Below are positions 43,167-54,733 of a stretch of 64,000 nt of DNA, piece after piece. The position numbers and the translations under genes are program-made. The notes beneath the pieces are model-generated. The model searched no databases. It was not told the origin of the DNA and saw nothing but the letters and a program-made list of their open reading frames with translations. Positions within the stretch are counted from its first letter, which is position 1, and each line of letters opens with the position of its first letter. The DNA is taken from assembly GCA_963848305.1 (NCBI GenBank), contig CAWKDC010000001.1, forward strand, positions 1,440,001 through 1,504,000. The letters are read 5' to 3'. Source of the DNA: an uncultured Gammaproteobacteria bacterium (lineage in GTDB: Bacteria > Pseudomonadota > Gammaproteobacteria > JABCZS01).

Positions 43167-43601
43167 CTACATGGGGTGTTGGCTTTGATACGCGGTTGAT
43201 GGGAGATAAAGCAGTTCTCTCTGGCCGACAATATAAAAGAAATTTCCAGGGTGGGATGTTTTGTTATTTTCAGGAATAGCAGTCACTTCCTGGGTATCCA
43301 CCCTTTGAATATCAGCAATGCCATATTTTTTCAGTGTGGCGTGCGCATCGATATCTTCCCCGAAAAAAAGCACGATGCACGCCTGTTTTGCGCGTTCGAG
43401 GGAAAACATATCGGTACTGTCTGCTGAAAGCAGGACATACTCAGTATTCAATCCGCGCAAGCTGTTATGGCAAAATTCACGGGATGCTTGCTCACCGACG
43501 AGCAATACAATGGGTTGTTCTGCCATGGTAAATGCTGCTCGATCTGCAACGTAGATCATTTGAGGGAGAGTATTATTCTTCCCCGCTGAAAATCGAAGCA
43601 T
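43167..43601 (-). CDS. Hypothetical protein (another frame stays open to 43042, so a possible frameshift)
   Basis: GAGGT RBS; 144-aa ORF just downstream of murA. Confidence 0.55.
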   Translation of the reverse strand: MLRFSAGKNNTLPQMIYVADRAAFTMAEQPIVLLVGEQASREFCHNSLRGLNTEYVLLSADSTDMFSLERAKQACIVLFFGEDIDAHATLKKYGIADIQRVDTQEVTAIPENNKTSHPGNFFYIVGQRELLYLPSTAYQSQHPM

Positions 43602-43645
43602 AGATACCTCTCCTGATTAGCTAAAACCCCAGGTTATCCTATACT

Positions 43646-44932
<1,287 letters not shown>

Positions 44933-44958
44933 TCAACTGAAAAACAGAGGAGATTATA

Positions 44959-45303
44959 TCATAGAGTCGTTTCTGCGACCCAGTAATCTTTGGGAACGCG
45001 TGGGGGTGCTTCTTCCAAAAAATCAGTGGGCTCGACAATCTCGTGCGACAGCGTATGCGGCCGCAGGGTTTTCGCTCCTTCACATAAGTGTGCAATGATG
45101 TTGTCTTGATGGGTGTGTAGCGCGTCGACCAGTTCGGCTGTCCTTTGAAAGTGGATGGCTACTTGATTCTGGTAACTTGCCAATTCCTCTTCTTTTTGAG
45201 CGAGCGCTTTTTCAAGCACTTTCCTCGCGGGGTTGCGCATGTAGGCCAGTGCAAAACCCAGGCCGAAGCCGATAAGGAGTGTAATGAGTAGGTAGACGTA
45301 CAT
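44959..45303 (-). CDS. zapG: YhcB/ZapG (DUF1043) family protein
   Basis: N-terminal TM, YQNQVAIHFQRTAEL, HLCEGA..L, PKDY. Confidence 0.8.
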   Translation of the reverse strand: MYVYLLITLLIGFGLGFALAYMRNPARKVLEKALAQKEEELASYQNQVAIHFQRTAELVDALHTHQDNIIAHLCEGAKTLRPHTLSHEIVEPTDFLEEAPPRVPKDYWVAETTL

Positions 45304-45368
45304 GGCGGTATCCTTCGCATGAATGTTCACTATACACAGCATGACGAATCTTGTATCTTTCGTCAAGT

Positions 45369-45988
45369 CTATTTTGTGCGAAAATGCGTTAAAAGTGTTT
45401 CCTTCAATAAAGATAAATGCCCGTGAAAAAAGTGGCCACAGTCCGGCAGCACGATCAGCGTGGGTTGCTCTGCACGGTGTTTCGCAAAATCAATCACTAA
45501 TTGACTTGGGACAATCTCATCATGATCGCCTTGGATAATGGTCCAGGGAGATTGAATGGGCGGTAATGTATCGAAATGGGTGTGTTGAACGGCGGGGGCC
45601 ACACTCAGCAATTGCTGACAGGGGCGCAGGATCGAGGCGCGCGCAGCAATATAAGCACCGAATGAAAACCCGAACAACCACAAGGTTTGAAAAGGGTGAT
45701 GGACAGAGAGCCAGTCGATGACAGCCAGCGCATCTTCTATCTCTCCCTCAATATGCCCATATTCACCGGCTGACGCTCCAATGCCGCGGTAGTTAAATCG
45801 GATATGCGTGTGCCCGAGTTCAGTGCAGACCTTAGAAAGCATGGTGACCACTTTATTGTGCATGGTGCCCCCATAGAGAGGGTGAGGGTGGCATATCACC
45901 GTGGCATGGCCATTGGGGTGTTCAGGAACCTCTAGTAGGCTTTCAAGGGGGCCAACGGGCCGGGTATCATGAGGGTTTCAGTTGTCAT
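45369..45988 (-). CDS. Alpha/beta hydrolase (apparent frameshift ~45957)
   Basis: CHPHPLYGGTMHNKVV, GFSFGA, HFFHG; N-terminus MTTETLMIPGP joins VGPLESLL with one extra base. Confidence 0.85.
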
Positions 45989-46003
45989 GGTGTTATTCTA
46001 AAG

Positions 46004-46032
46004 AAAAAGGGGTGGAACATCCACCCCTTTTT
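46004..46032. terminator. Rho-independent terminator downstream of the HU-like gene
   Basis: AAAAAGGGGTGG-aacat-CCACCCCTTTTT. Confidence 0.85.
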
Positions 46033-46049
46033 GAAATAGCGCAAATAAA

Positions 46050-46532
46050 TTATTTAGCCATTTCCTTCAACTTCTTCAAAGCCAATACCTTGACGACGTT
46101 GCGTGCAGGTTTTGCTTTGAATACGGTTGGTTCGCCGGTGAAAGGATTGATACCTTTTCTGGCTTTGGTCGCAGGTTTGCGAATGACTTTCAGCTTCATC
46201 AGCCCAGCCAATGCAAACACTTGAGGACCACGTGCTTTCATGTGTTCCTGAATCACGCCTTCCAGTGCTTCCATCACAGATTTGATTTCCTTACTGCTCA
46301 AGCCTGTCATGTCTGACAAGGTTTTGGTCAGTTCGGTTCTGGTGTAAGCGGACTTCACAGCGGGTGCAGCTTTCAGCACGGGGGCAACAGCCTTGACCTT
46401 ACGGGGTGCGGCTTTCTTGGCTGTTTTAGCAACCTTTTTAGCAGCGGTTTTTTTTGCAGCAGGTTTTCTGACAGCTTTCTTCACTGTCTTTTTACGAGCG
46501 GCAGATTTAGCGGGTTTTTTCTTAGCAGGCAT
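46050..46532 (-). CDS. HU/IHF-family DNA-binding protein with a histone H1-like Lys/Ala-rich N-terminal tail
   Basis: PAKKKPAKSAARKK... tail, then KPATKARKGINPFTGE..FKAKPA; GGAG RBS. Confidence 0.9.
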   Translation of the reverse strand: MPAKKKPAKSAARKKTVKKAVRKPAAKKTAAKKVAKTAKKAAPRKVKAVAPVLKAAPAVKSAYTRTELTKTLSDMTGLSSKEIKSVMEALEGVIQEHMKARGPQVFALAGLMKLKVIRKPATKARKGINPFTGEPTVFKAKPARNVVKVLALKKLKEMAK

Positions 46533-46647
46533 AAGAGATCTCCTAAAAGTGAGCGTATACGTAATTAACATAGCACAGATTTTTAAAAGCATCTTTTTTA
46601 GGCTACGTTTACTGCATGACACCTTTTTAATCGATGGGGATCCTGCA

Positions 46648-47052
46648 ATGAAACACCTTTATTTATACTGTATGACACTTGCGCTCTTCCTTGTGGTAGA
46701 TATGCTCTGGCTCAATGTATTTGCACATGACTACTACATGCGGACACTCAGCACATTATTATTGGAAAAACCCTTGCTATCAGCCGCGGTGCTATTCTAC
46801 TTGCTCTATCCCATTGGTCTCCTGGTGTTTGTGATCGAGCCAGGTTTGAGTGGGGGTGCCAGCGCTTGGACAGTCCTTTGGAAAGGGATGTTCTTGGGGG
46901 TGTTAGCTTATGCAACATATGACCTCACAAATTTGGCTACTTTAAAAGGCTGGTCTGTGTTACTATCTGCCGTGGACATCCTGTGGGGTGGCCTGGTGTC
47001 GGGTGGCGTGTCTATCTCGACATTTTTAATATTTAAACGTTTTTTTGCCTAA
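46648..47052 (+). CDS. DUF2177 family membrane protein
   Basis: DMLWL, AAVLFYLLY, AYATYDLTNLATLKGW, VDILWG. Confidence 0.85.
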   Translation: MKHLYLYCMTLALFLVVDMLWLNVFAHDYYMRTLSTLLLEKPLLSAAVLFYLLYPIGLLVFVIEPGLSGGASAWTVLWKGMFLGVLAYATYDLTNLATLKGWSVLLSAVDILWGGLVSGGVSISTFLIFKRFFA

Positions 47053-47126
47053 CAGCCCTTGTCAGCGACGGTTGAGTTGGGTAAAATAGCGCTTCTTTTG
47101 GGAGAAGCGTATTCTCGGAGTAATAC

Positions 47127-47567
47127 ATGAAAACGATCAGCGCGAAGCCGCATGAAGTGCAACATGCGTGGTATGTAATTGATGCACAAGACAAAGTTCT
47201 CGGCCGGATGGCTTCCCGTGTAGCGGGCATCCTGCGTGGTAAGCACAAACCTATTTATACACCACATGTGGATACTGGGGATTTTGTGATTATCATCAAC
47301 GCCAGCCAAATTAAAGTGACCGGTAAGAAGGCGACGGACAAAAAATACTTTCACCATTCTGGTTTCCCAGGTGGTATTAAAGAAGCCACCTTTGAAGATG
47401 CCCTAGAGAAAAACCCTGCTCGAGTGATTGAGTTGGCAATCAAAGGCATGTTACCCAAAGGGCCGTTGGGTCGTGACATGTTCAGGAAACTGAAAGTGTA
47501 CGGTGGTGCTGAGCATCCCCATGCCGCACAACAACCCATTCCTCTTGACACTGATAGTTTAACTTAA
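47127..47567 (+). CDS. rplM: 50S ribosomal protein L13
   Basis: [36 protein letters not shown]. Confidence 0.98.
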   Translation: MKTISAKPHEVQHAWYVIDAQDKVLGRMASRVAGILRGKHKPIYTPHVDTGDFVIIINASQIKVTGKKATDKKYFHHSGFPGGIKEATFEDALEKNPARVIELAIKGMLPKGPLGRDMFRKLKVYGGAEHPHAAQQPIPLDTDSLT

Positions 47568-47576
47568 AGGTAGCTT

Positions 47577-48005
47577 ATGAATTTAGCAGCAACATGTTAT
47601 GGTACAGGTCGACGCAAATGTTCTATTGCGCGTGTTTTCTTGAAAAAGGGCACGGGTCGCGTCACTGTTAACTATAAAGACGTCAACGACTTTTTCACAC
47701 GTCCAACAGACGTTCAAACCGCATTATCTCCCCTGGCTGCAGTAGACATGCTCGACGGGTTCGATTTGCTGATCACCGTCAAAGGTGGTGGGTGCACAGG
47801 CCAAGCTGGGGCGATTCGCCACGGGTTAGCGCGTGCCCTGGTGGTCTATGATAAAGCCGTTGAAGGCAGCAGTGAAGAAGGCGTGATGGGCTTTAAACGT
47901 GTTTTGCGTACAGCAGGCATGCTCACACGTGACTCACGTAGCGTTGAACGTAAGAAAGTCGGTAAGCCAAAGGCACGTCGTTCGAAGCAATTCTCCAAAC
48001 GTTAA
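47577..48005 (+). CDS. rpsI: 30S ribosomal protein S9
   Basis: GTGRRK, GQAGAIRHGLARAL, QFSKR; acidic insertion KAVEGSSEEGVMG. Confidence 0.98.
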   Translation: MNLAATCYGTGRRKCSIARVFLKKGTGRVTVNYKDVNDFFTRPTDVQTALSPLAAVDMLDGFDLLITVKGGGCTGQAGAIRHGLARALVVYDKAVEGSSEEGVMGFKRVLRTAGMLTRDSRSVERKKVGKPKARRSKQFSKR

Positions 48006-48026
48006 TCTGCAGGAGGCCCAACTGTT

Positions 48027-48629
48027 ATGAGCCAGCAAGGGAACGAGCAAGGGGTGAACCGCAGTCGTCGTCGCTTCTTGACGGCTGCTACCACGGTGAT
48101 TGGTGGTATTGGGGCAGCTTACATGGCTGTACCCCTCATTGGTTCCTGGGAACCTAGCGCGCGTGCGCAGGCCGCCGGGGCACCTGTTGAAGTGGATATT
48201 TCTAAAATTGAAGAAGGCCAGCAGGTCACTGTTGAGTGGCGTTCCAAGCCGGTTTGGATTGTGCGCCGCACGCAAGCGATGTTGGACACTTTGCCAACCT
48301 TGAAAAGCCGTTTGCGCGACCCCAATTCTTTGGTAGAAACACAGCAACCTACTTATTGTCAAAACATTTACCGTTCGATCAAGCCAGAGTATTTGGTCGC
48401 TGTGGGTATTTGTACCCATTTGGGTTGTGTGCCTACCTATCGTCCTGATCCTGGGTCCTTGGCGGTAGATTGGCCGGGTGGTTTTTATTGCCCTTGTCAT
48501 GGTTCTCAGTTTGATTTGTCAGGTCGCGTGTTTAAAGGCGTTCCTGCACCCACGAACCTTGAAATTCCACCTTATCACTATGTCAGTGATACCGTGATCC
48601 TGGTGGGTGAAGACGGAGGCTCAGTATGA
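48027..48629 (+). CDS. petA: Ubiquinol-cytochrome c reductase Rieske subunit
   Basis: Tat motif SRRRFL, CTHLGC, CPCHGS. Confidence 0.97.
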   Translation: MSQQGNEQGVNRSRRRFLTAATTVIGGIGAAYMAVPLIGSWEPSARAQAAGAPVEVDISKIEEGQQVTVEWRSKPVWIVRRTQAMLDTLPTLKSRLRDPNSLVETQQPTYCQNIYRSIKPEYLVAVGICTHLGCVPTYRPDPGSLAVDWPGGFYCPCHGSQFDLSGRVFKGVPAPTNLEIPPYHYVSDTVILVGEDGGSV

Positions 48630-49849
48630 GTAATGCTGGAAATGGATTCATGAATTGGCTGAACGAGCGTTTGCCCGTCACAGAATTTTATCGGAAACAT
48701 CTTTCCGAATATTATGCGCCGAAAAATTTTAATTTCTGGTACTATTTTGGCTCTTTGGCCTTGTTTGTGCTGGTATTGCAATTGGTGTCGGGTATTTGGT
48801 TGGCCATGAGCTATGTGCCGACGGAGAAAGAAGCTTTCGCCTCTGTTGAATACATCATGCGTGATGTGAGGTATGGTGATCTGATTCGTTATGCCCATAC
48901 GACGGGTGCATCGGCATTCTTTTTTGTGGTGTACATGCACATGTTCCGGGGCCTATTATATGGTTCTTTTCAGCGTCCCCGTGAACTGGTCTGGTTGCTG
49001 GGCATGGGCATTTTCTTGGTGTTGATGGCCGAAGCATTCTTGGGTTATCTCCTGCCATGGGGGCAAATGTCGTTTTGGGGTGCACAAGTGATCACATCAC
49101 TGTTTGGCGCCATTCCCAAAATCGGTGATGCGTTGGTGCTGTGGATCCGTGGAGATTATAATATTTCCGGCGCAACCCTTAACCGTTTCTTTGCTTTGCA
49201 TGTGGTGGCGTTGCCTATTGTATTGCTGGGTATTGTGTTGATCCATCTGGTGGCATTGCATGAAGTGGGATCTAATAATCCTGATGGTGTGGATATCAAG
49301 AAGCACAAAGACTCGACAGGTAAGCCAATCGATGGGATTCCCTTTCAGCCTTACTATACTGTCAAAGATTTGGTGGGCGTGGGTGTGTTCCTGATCGCAT
49401 TCTGCTCTGTCCTATTTTTTGTGCCAGAGATGGGCGGTTACTTTATCGAACACCCGAACTTTATTCCGGCCGATCCGCTGGTGACGCCTGAACACATTGC
49501 GCCCGTATGGTATATGACGCCTTTTTACTCGATTCTCCGCGCCATTCCTGATAAATTGATGGGTGTGTTGGCCATGGCGGGTTCATTGGCTGTGCTGTTT
49601 GTTTTGCCTTGGTTAGATCGCAGTGGTGTTCGTTCCATCCGTTATAAGGGCTGGTTGTTCAAAGGCTTTTTGATCATGTTTGTGATTTGTTTCTTGGGGC
49701 TTGGCTACTTAGGCGGGTTGCCGCCCACACCGGTGAAGACATTCTTCGCCAGGTTGTTTACGGTAGGTTACTTTGGCTTTTTTCTGCTGATGCCTTTTTA
49801 TTCGAAAATGGACAAGACTAAGCCAGTGCCAGAGAGGATTACGGAATGA
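48626..49849 (+). CDS. petB: Cytochrome b
   Basis: LPWGQMSFWGAQVI, TLNRFFALH, HIAPVWY. Confidence 0.97.
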   Translation: MSNAGNGFMNWLNERLPVTEFYRKHLSEYYAPKNFNFWYYFGSLALFVLVLQLVSGIWLAMSYVPTEKEAFASVEYIMRDVRYGDLIRYAHTTGASAFFFVVYMHMFRGLLYGSFQRPRELVWLLGMGIFLVLMAEAFLGYLLPWGQMSFWGAQVITSLFGAIPKIGDALVLWIRGDYNISGATLNRFFALHVVALPIVLLGIVLIHLVALHEVGSNNPDGVDIKKHKDSTGKPIDGIPFQPYYTVKDLVGVGVFLIAFCSVLFFVPEMGGYFIEHPNFIPADPLVTPEHIAPVWYMTPFYSILRAIPDKLMGVLAMAGSLAVLFVLPWLDRSGVRSIRYKGWLFKGFLIMFVICFLGLGYLGGLPPTPVKTFFARLFTVGYFGFFLLMPFYSKMDKTKPVPERITE

Positions 49850-50631
49850 TGAAAGGATCGTTATTACGCATCGCGCTTGTTGCTTCACTGACCATGGGCG
49901 TCACGTCAGCGCAAGCTGCATCAGGAGAGGTTCATTTTGTGTATGATATGCCGGCTCTTGACATGCGCGATCAGTCTTCGTTGCAGCGCGGTGCAAAATA
50001 TTTCATGAATTATTGCAGTGGATGTCATGGCTTACAATACATGCGTTACTCACAAATGGCTGAGGGCATTGGGGTGACAGATGCGGATGGCAAAGTCAAC
50101 GACAAAATTTTGAAAGCAAACCTGATGTTCACCGCGGACAGTACTGGTGCATTGATTCAAACTGCCATGGATCCTAAAATGGCGAAGCAATGGTTTGGTA
50201 CCAAAGTACCTGATTTAACGCTTGAAACGAAGGCGCGTGGTGCCGATTGGGTTTACAATTATTTGTTGTCTTTTTATCCAGATCCCAAACGTCCATTTGG
50301 GGTGAACAACACTGTCTACCCAGAAGTGGCTATGCCAAACGTTTTGGAATCATTACAAGGTATTCAAAAGCCCGTGTATGAAACGGTTGGTTACGATGAA
50401 GACAAGCGGCCGATTGAAGTGTTGTCTGGTTTTGAGTTAGTGGAAAAAGGGGCTTTAACGCCTCAGGAGTTCCAGCAAGTCACCTATGATTTGGTGAATT
50501 TTTTAAATTTCGCAGCGGATCCTAAAAAAATCCAACGTGAACGTGCTGGGGTGATTGTGTTGTTGTTCTTGGTGATATTCACAACTTTTGCTTATTTGTT
50601 AAAGCGTGAATATTGGAAAGATGTAGAGTGA
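49846..50631 (+). CDS. petC: Cytochrome c1
   Basis: LQRGAKYFMNYCSGCH, C-terminal TM and EYWKDV. Confidence 0.96.
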   Translation: MMKGSLLRIALVASLTMGVTSAQAASGEVHFVYDMPALDMRDQSSLQRGAKYFMNYCSGCHGLQYMRYSQMAEGIGVTDADGKVNDKILKANLMFTADSTGALIQTAMDPKMAKQWFGTKVPDLTLETKARGADWVYNYLLSFYPDPKRPFGVNNTVYPEVAMPNVLESLQGIQKPVYETVGYDEDKRPIEVLSGFELVEKGALTPQEFQQVTYDLVNFLNFAADPKKIQRERAGVIVLLFLVIFTTFAYLLKREYWKDVE

Positions 50632-50643
50632 GTTTTTTATTGA

Positions 50644-51304
50644 ATGTTTGAGAAAATCATGTCAAGCACCGTCCATAATCAAAATACGTTGTACTACGAT
50701 ATCACTGACGTCAGTGATATCAAGAGTCATTGTTGCCGTATGGCCATCGCCTATAAAGGGATCCAAGTGGATTTCAAATCGATGTCGCGGGATAACCCCG
50801 AAGCGATTTTTGAGATCAACCCTTATGGCTCTCTACCCAGCTGGATAGACAGAGACGTGGCCCTGTACGATTGGCGCACTATTTTTGAATATATGGAAGA
50901 ACGCTACCCTGCGCCCAGTTTGTTGCCGCAAGTACCTGGTTCACGTGCCACGATACGCAGTCTTTGCTATCGTATTGATCGCGATTGGTTGGCGCGCATT
51001 GCACACTTGGAATTGCGTGATGAAGTGGAACGTGCCGCTGTTGCGAAAAGCCTTTCTGACGGTTTGGTCTCATTGATTCCCCATATTTTTAAACAAGGTT
51101 TCATGGCCTCTGAAACGCTCAGCTATGCGGATTGCATGCTAGCGGCCATTTTATGGCGCTTGCCCTTGTTGGGTATTTCTCTGCCGCTTACTGCGGTGTC
51201 GATTGGTGGAGTATGCGAAGCGTATTTTCGCGATGTCTTTCTTCAAACAAAGCTTAACGCCCCAAGAGCGCGCGATTTATTTGGTTGGGAAGGTCTCCGC
51301 ATGA
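50644..51304 (+). CDS. sspA: Stringent starvation protein A (apparent frameshift ~51201)
   Basis: INPYGSLP..DRD..LY, YMEERYPAPSLLP, ILWRLP; native end LVEYAKRIF...SLTPQER..KVSA* is in another frame, TGA 51302-51304. Confidence 0.88.
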
Positions 51305-51747
51305 TGACTGCCAAACGTCCTTATCTGCTGCGTGCTATTCACCAATGGATTTTGGATAACGGCAAAGTCCCTTACATGTTGGTTGATGCGACTCAACCAA
51401 ATGTGGTAGTGCCTAAAGAACATGTGGTCGATGGGAATATCATTTTAAACATCGATCCCAAAGCAGCTGATAAATTATCATTGGGCAATTGGTTGATTTG
51501 TTTTAATGCCCGTTTTGCTCGAGGATATATGGACTGTGTCGTTCCATTGTCTGCGGTCATGGGCATCTACACCAGTGACACCAGCGAAGGTTACTTTTTT
51601 GATCCAGATGACCTTGGCGAAGCACCTTTTCCCAAAACCATCGATGAATTGATTCGGCTTGAAAAAGGCGACGGTGATGGGGGTGGAGATGATCGCGGCA
51701 GCAAAGGGAAAGGCGGTCCCAGTTTCTTAACCCTGGTGAAATCTTGA
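51301..51747 (+). CDS. sspB: ClpXP adaptor SspB
   Basis: MTAKRPYLLRAIHQWILDN, FNARF, C-terminal LTLVK. Confidence 0.92.
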   Translation: MMTAKRPYLLRAIHQWILDNGKVPYMLVDATQPNVVVPKEHVVDGNIILNIDPKAADKLSLGNWLICFNARFARGYMDCVVPLSAVMGIYTSDTSEGYFFDPDDLGEAPFPKTIDELIRLEKGDGDGGGDDRGSKGKGGPSFLTLVKS

Positions 51748-52172
51748 CCACTTTGGCCGTCCGGGCGCAGTACCTCGAGCGCTTAGGCGTTCCTGCATAC
51801 GTCCCACGTGTGTTGAATCCGCTTCCCATGACCCATTGGGAGGGTCCAAAAGATGCTGCCTTGGTGTTTGTGTTTCAATATGAAGCAGATACGCTCGATT
51901 GGCAAACCCCTTCCCTGCAATTACTTCAAAAAATCATGGATGCTGTTGGTGTACCCCAATGCCCTATGGCCCTATGTTATGCGCCGACTTTACCCATTGA
52001 AATACCAGCCTTTTCTCGTCAACCTACATTGATCACTTTTGGTCAACACCTGCTGAGGCCTTCTCGCCTCAAGATTATTGACACGCTGCCGTTATGTGAG
52101 TTACAATACCAAAATTCAGCCAAGCGCACCTTGTGGCAGGCTCTCAAGGAGATTAAAGCAGGTTATGTCTAA
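51744..52172 (+). CDS. Possible DNA polymerase III psi (HolD)-like protein
   Basis: QYLERLGV..YVPR, LLQKIM.AV, KRTLWQAL; position just upstream of rimI. Confidence 0.5.
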   Translation: MTTLAVRAQYLERLGVPAYVPRVLNPLPMTHWEGPKDAALVFVFQYEADTLDWQTPSLQLLQKIMDAVGVPQCPMALCYAPTLPIEIPAFSRQPTLITFGQHLLRPSRLKIIDTLPLCELQYQNSAKRTLWQALKEIKAGYV

Positions 52173-52641
52173 GCCAGTTGTACGTGCTATTCGTCCCATG
52201 TCGATGTCAGACCTCGATGTTGTGGAGGATATACAAAACAGATCCAGTATTTGTCCATGGCCGCGGCATATTCTCGAGACGGTGTGTCGTCAATTCGAGG
52301 GATATGTTATCTCTGAAGGTGACACGATGATTGGGTTTGGTTTTTTATTATGCCAAGTCGAAGAAGTGCATATTCTAAATATCGCCATTTTGCCTCATTA
52401 TCAGGGTCGCGGGATTGGTCGCGAACTAATGAATTTTCTGGTCGATCGTGCGAAAAAACACGGTGGTATTTACATGATTTTAGAAGTACGCCCAACGAAC
52501 AAAACAGCCATTTCTCTTTACGAAAGCATGGGTTTTAAGAAAATTGGTGTGCGCAAAGGCTATTATGAAATACCCGACTCGATCGAACGCGAAGATGCCT
52601 GGGTTTTTTCATTGCGGCTGGTGCCCAGACAGTCATCCTAG
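52165..52641 (+). CDS. rimI: Ribosomal protein S18 N-acetyltransferase
   Basis: EVHILNIAI..QGRGIG, LEVRPTN..AISLY..GF..IGVRKGYY, EDA. Confidence 0.93.
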   Translation: MSKPVVRAIRPMSMSDLDVVEDIQNRSSICPWPRHILETVCRQFEGYVISEGDTMIGFGFLLCQVEEVHILNIAILPHYQGRGIGRELMNFLVDRAKKHGGIYMILEVRPTNKTAISLYESMGFKKIGVRKGYYEIPDSIEREDAWVFSLRLVPRQSS

Positions 52642-52682
52642 AGTGACTCGAGCAGGTTAACATCTTTAATAGGGGGAACGAG

Positions 52683-53132
52683 ATGAAAGTTGATAATGAA
52701 GCGATGGTCCTTATGGATGGCTTTTATAAAGGGATTCGATATGGTTTTTCAGGGCTAATATTGGCAGGGGCTCTGACAGCCTATCTGATAGGCGTTATCC
52801 AGGCTGGCACAGGTGACTATTCGCTATATGGGAGTAGTCGTGAGGGTGCATTAATTGCACACACATTCTTATCCCTTTTAATAGCAGGGGCAAGTCTTGT
52901 GGGTTTGCTGGCTTTTTCAGCAAATCCTAGACGAAATGCAAAACAGCAATTTTTAATGTGCACCTATGCTTTTTCCTTGGTTTCATATTTTATGGTGCTT
53001 TTTATCAAAGATGGGAGCGTGGGCATGTCCGTTTTTTCAGGCTTTGCCAGTGCAGCATTTTTAGTCGGTGCTGCACGATATGCATATTCTGAAAAAGATA
53101 CTGAATACCAGTCATTACAATTTGGACAATAG
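52683..53132 (+). CDS. Orphan four-TM membrane protein
   Basis: GGGGG RBS; 4 hydrophobic segments. Confidence 0.7.
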   Translation: MKVDNEAMVLMDGFYKGIRYGFSGLILAGALTAYLIGVIQAGTGDYSLYGSSREGALIAHTFLSLLIAGASLVGLLAFSANPRRNAKQQFLMCTYAFSLVSYFMVLFIKDGSVGMSVFSGFASAAFLVGAARYAYSEKDTEYQSLQFGQ

Positions 53133-53179
53133 TCGATAAATGCATCAGCATACCTGACTTCATTTGTGCATGATGAAAA

Positions 53180-54556
53180 ATGGGCAAAAAGCTTGTGACA
53201 CCGTTTGTAAAAGAAGTAACATATGTTGACCCGGAACAAGTACTGTTACGATTGTCAAATGAACATCATTTATGTTTCTTAGACAGTTCCAAGCAAGATG
53301 AAATGTTGGGCCGCTACAGTTATATTGCCTTTGATCCTTTTTTAATCCTAGAAAGCAAAAATGACATGCATGATCCCTTTGATGCATTGTCTCTCGCGTT
53401 AGAACGTTATAAATCCGTAGCAGTCAATCATCTGCCGCCTTTCCAAGGCGGCGCCATGGGATATTTTGGCTATGATTTATTGCATCATTTGGAAAATGTG
53501 CCGCGATCTGTGCACGATCAAATTAAAGCGCCGGATATGTTGATTGGCTTGTATGATTGTCTAATAGCATTTGATCACGTTAAACAAAAGGCATGGATCA
53601 TTTCTCAAGGCTTTCCTGAAACAGACATGTTAAAAAGGATGGCGCGTGCAAAGCAACGCGCGCAAATGCTTTACCAGAAAGCGTTTGAACAGCCTGAGAG
53701 AAAACCAATCTCAACGTGGGCATGTCCGAGTGTTATTGAATCCAATATGACAAAAGCAGAGTATTGTCAGCGCATCGCACGCGTGATTGATCATATTCGT
53801 GCGGGTGATATTTATCAGGCGAATATTGCGCAATGTTTTTCCAGTGAATGGCCAGACAACATTGACCCCATCGATTTGTACATTGCATTGCGAACTAAAA
53901 ATCCTGCGCCGTTTTCAGCTTTCATACAAACAGATCAGCTGGCCATTGCTTCAGCCTCACCAGAGCGGTTTATGCGATTGCAAGATCGGCATGTTGAAAC
54001 GCGTCCCATCAAAGGGACACGTGCGCGAGGGAAAACGTTGATTGAAGATCAAGCGATTGCAAAAGCATTATTATGCAGTGAAAAAGATCGCGCAGAAAAC
54101 ACCATGATTGTGGATCTTATGCGCAACGATTTATCGCGCGTGTGTGAATCCGGTTCTGTCAAGGTGACCACACTCTGCGGATTGGAAACGTATGAAACCG
54201 TTCATCATTTGGTGTCTGTGATCGAAGGTACATTATCGTCTGATCACAATGCGATCACGTTACTGAAGGCAGCCTTTCCGGGTGGCTCGATCACGGGTGC
54301 ACCGAAAATAAGGGCGATGGAGATCATTCATGACATCGAACCTTTTTCGCGTGGCGTGTATTGCGGCAACATTGGCTACATAGGGTTTGATGGTAACATG
54401 GATACATCTATTGTCATTCGAACTTATACCATTATCAATCATCGGTTGTATTTTCAGGCAGGCGGGGGAATTGTGGCTGATTCCGATCCTGAGGATGAAT
54501 ATGAAGAAACGTTAACGAAGGCATTCGCGTTGAGAAAAATTGTCGAGGGTTTGTAG
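53180..54556 (+). CDS. pabB: Aminodeoxychorismate synthase component I
   Basis: PPFQGGAMGYFGYD, SPERF, TRPIKGT, KDRAENTMIVDLMRND, FPGGSITGAPK. Confidence 0.92.
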   Translation: MGKKLVTPFVKEVTYVDPEQVLLRLSNEHHLCFLDSSKQDEMLGRYSYIAFDPFLILESKNDMHDPFDALSLALERYKSVAVNHLPPFQGGAMGYFGYDLLHHLENVPRSVHDQIKAPDMLIGLYDCLIAFDHVKQKAWIISQGFPETDMLKRMARAKQRAQMLYQKAFEQPERKPISTWACPSVIESNMTKAEYCQRIARVIDHIRAGDIYQANIAQCFSSEWPDNIDPIDLYIALRTKNPAPFSAFIQTDQLAIASASPERFMRLQDRHVETRPIKGTRARGKTLIEDQAIAKALLCSEKDRAENTMIVDLMRNDLSRVCESGSVKVTTLCGLETYETVHHLVSVIEGTLSSDHNAITLLKAAFPGGSITGAPKIRAMEIIHDIEPFSRGVYCGNIGYIGFDGNMDTSIVIRTYTIINHRLYFQAGGGIVADSDPEDEYEETLTKAFALRKIVEGL

Positions 54557-54649
54557 AGCAGCTTTTTTTCATGTGGATGAAAAACGATGTAAGTTTTTTA
54601 TAAAAAACTGAGCATTCATTGTAGGTTGAAGCTAATAAAACAATTGACA

Positions 54650-54713
54650 AGGCCGATAGGCCTTTAAGTATTTAGCCTAGGGTTAGATGCGCGTAGCGTA
54701 TCGTAACCTTAGG
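54650..54713. repeat. Palindromic intergenic element (copy B)
   Basis: AGGCCGATAGGCCT..TTTAGCCTAGGGTTAGATGCGCGTAGCGTATCGTAACCTTAGG; related to 19017-19105. Confidence 0.6.
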
Positions 54714-54733
54714 TCAGGTTTTTTAATAGCATT

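Noticed and set aside
46393-46647. N-terminal extension of the DUF2177 ORF
   Set aside because: It is the antisense shadow of the Lys/Ala-rich HU tail; the true start is likely ATG 46648
50644-51747. Novel SspA-SspB fusion (367-aa ORF)
   Set aside because: The native SspA C-terminus and stop exist in another frame and SspB has its own overlapping ATG; one indel explains it
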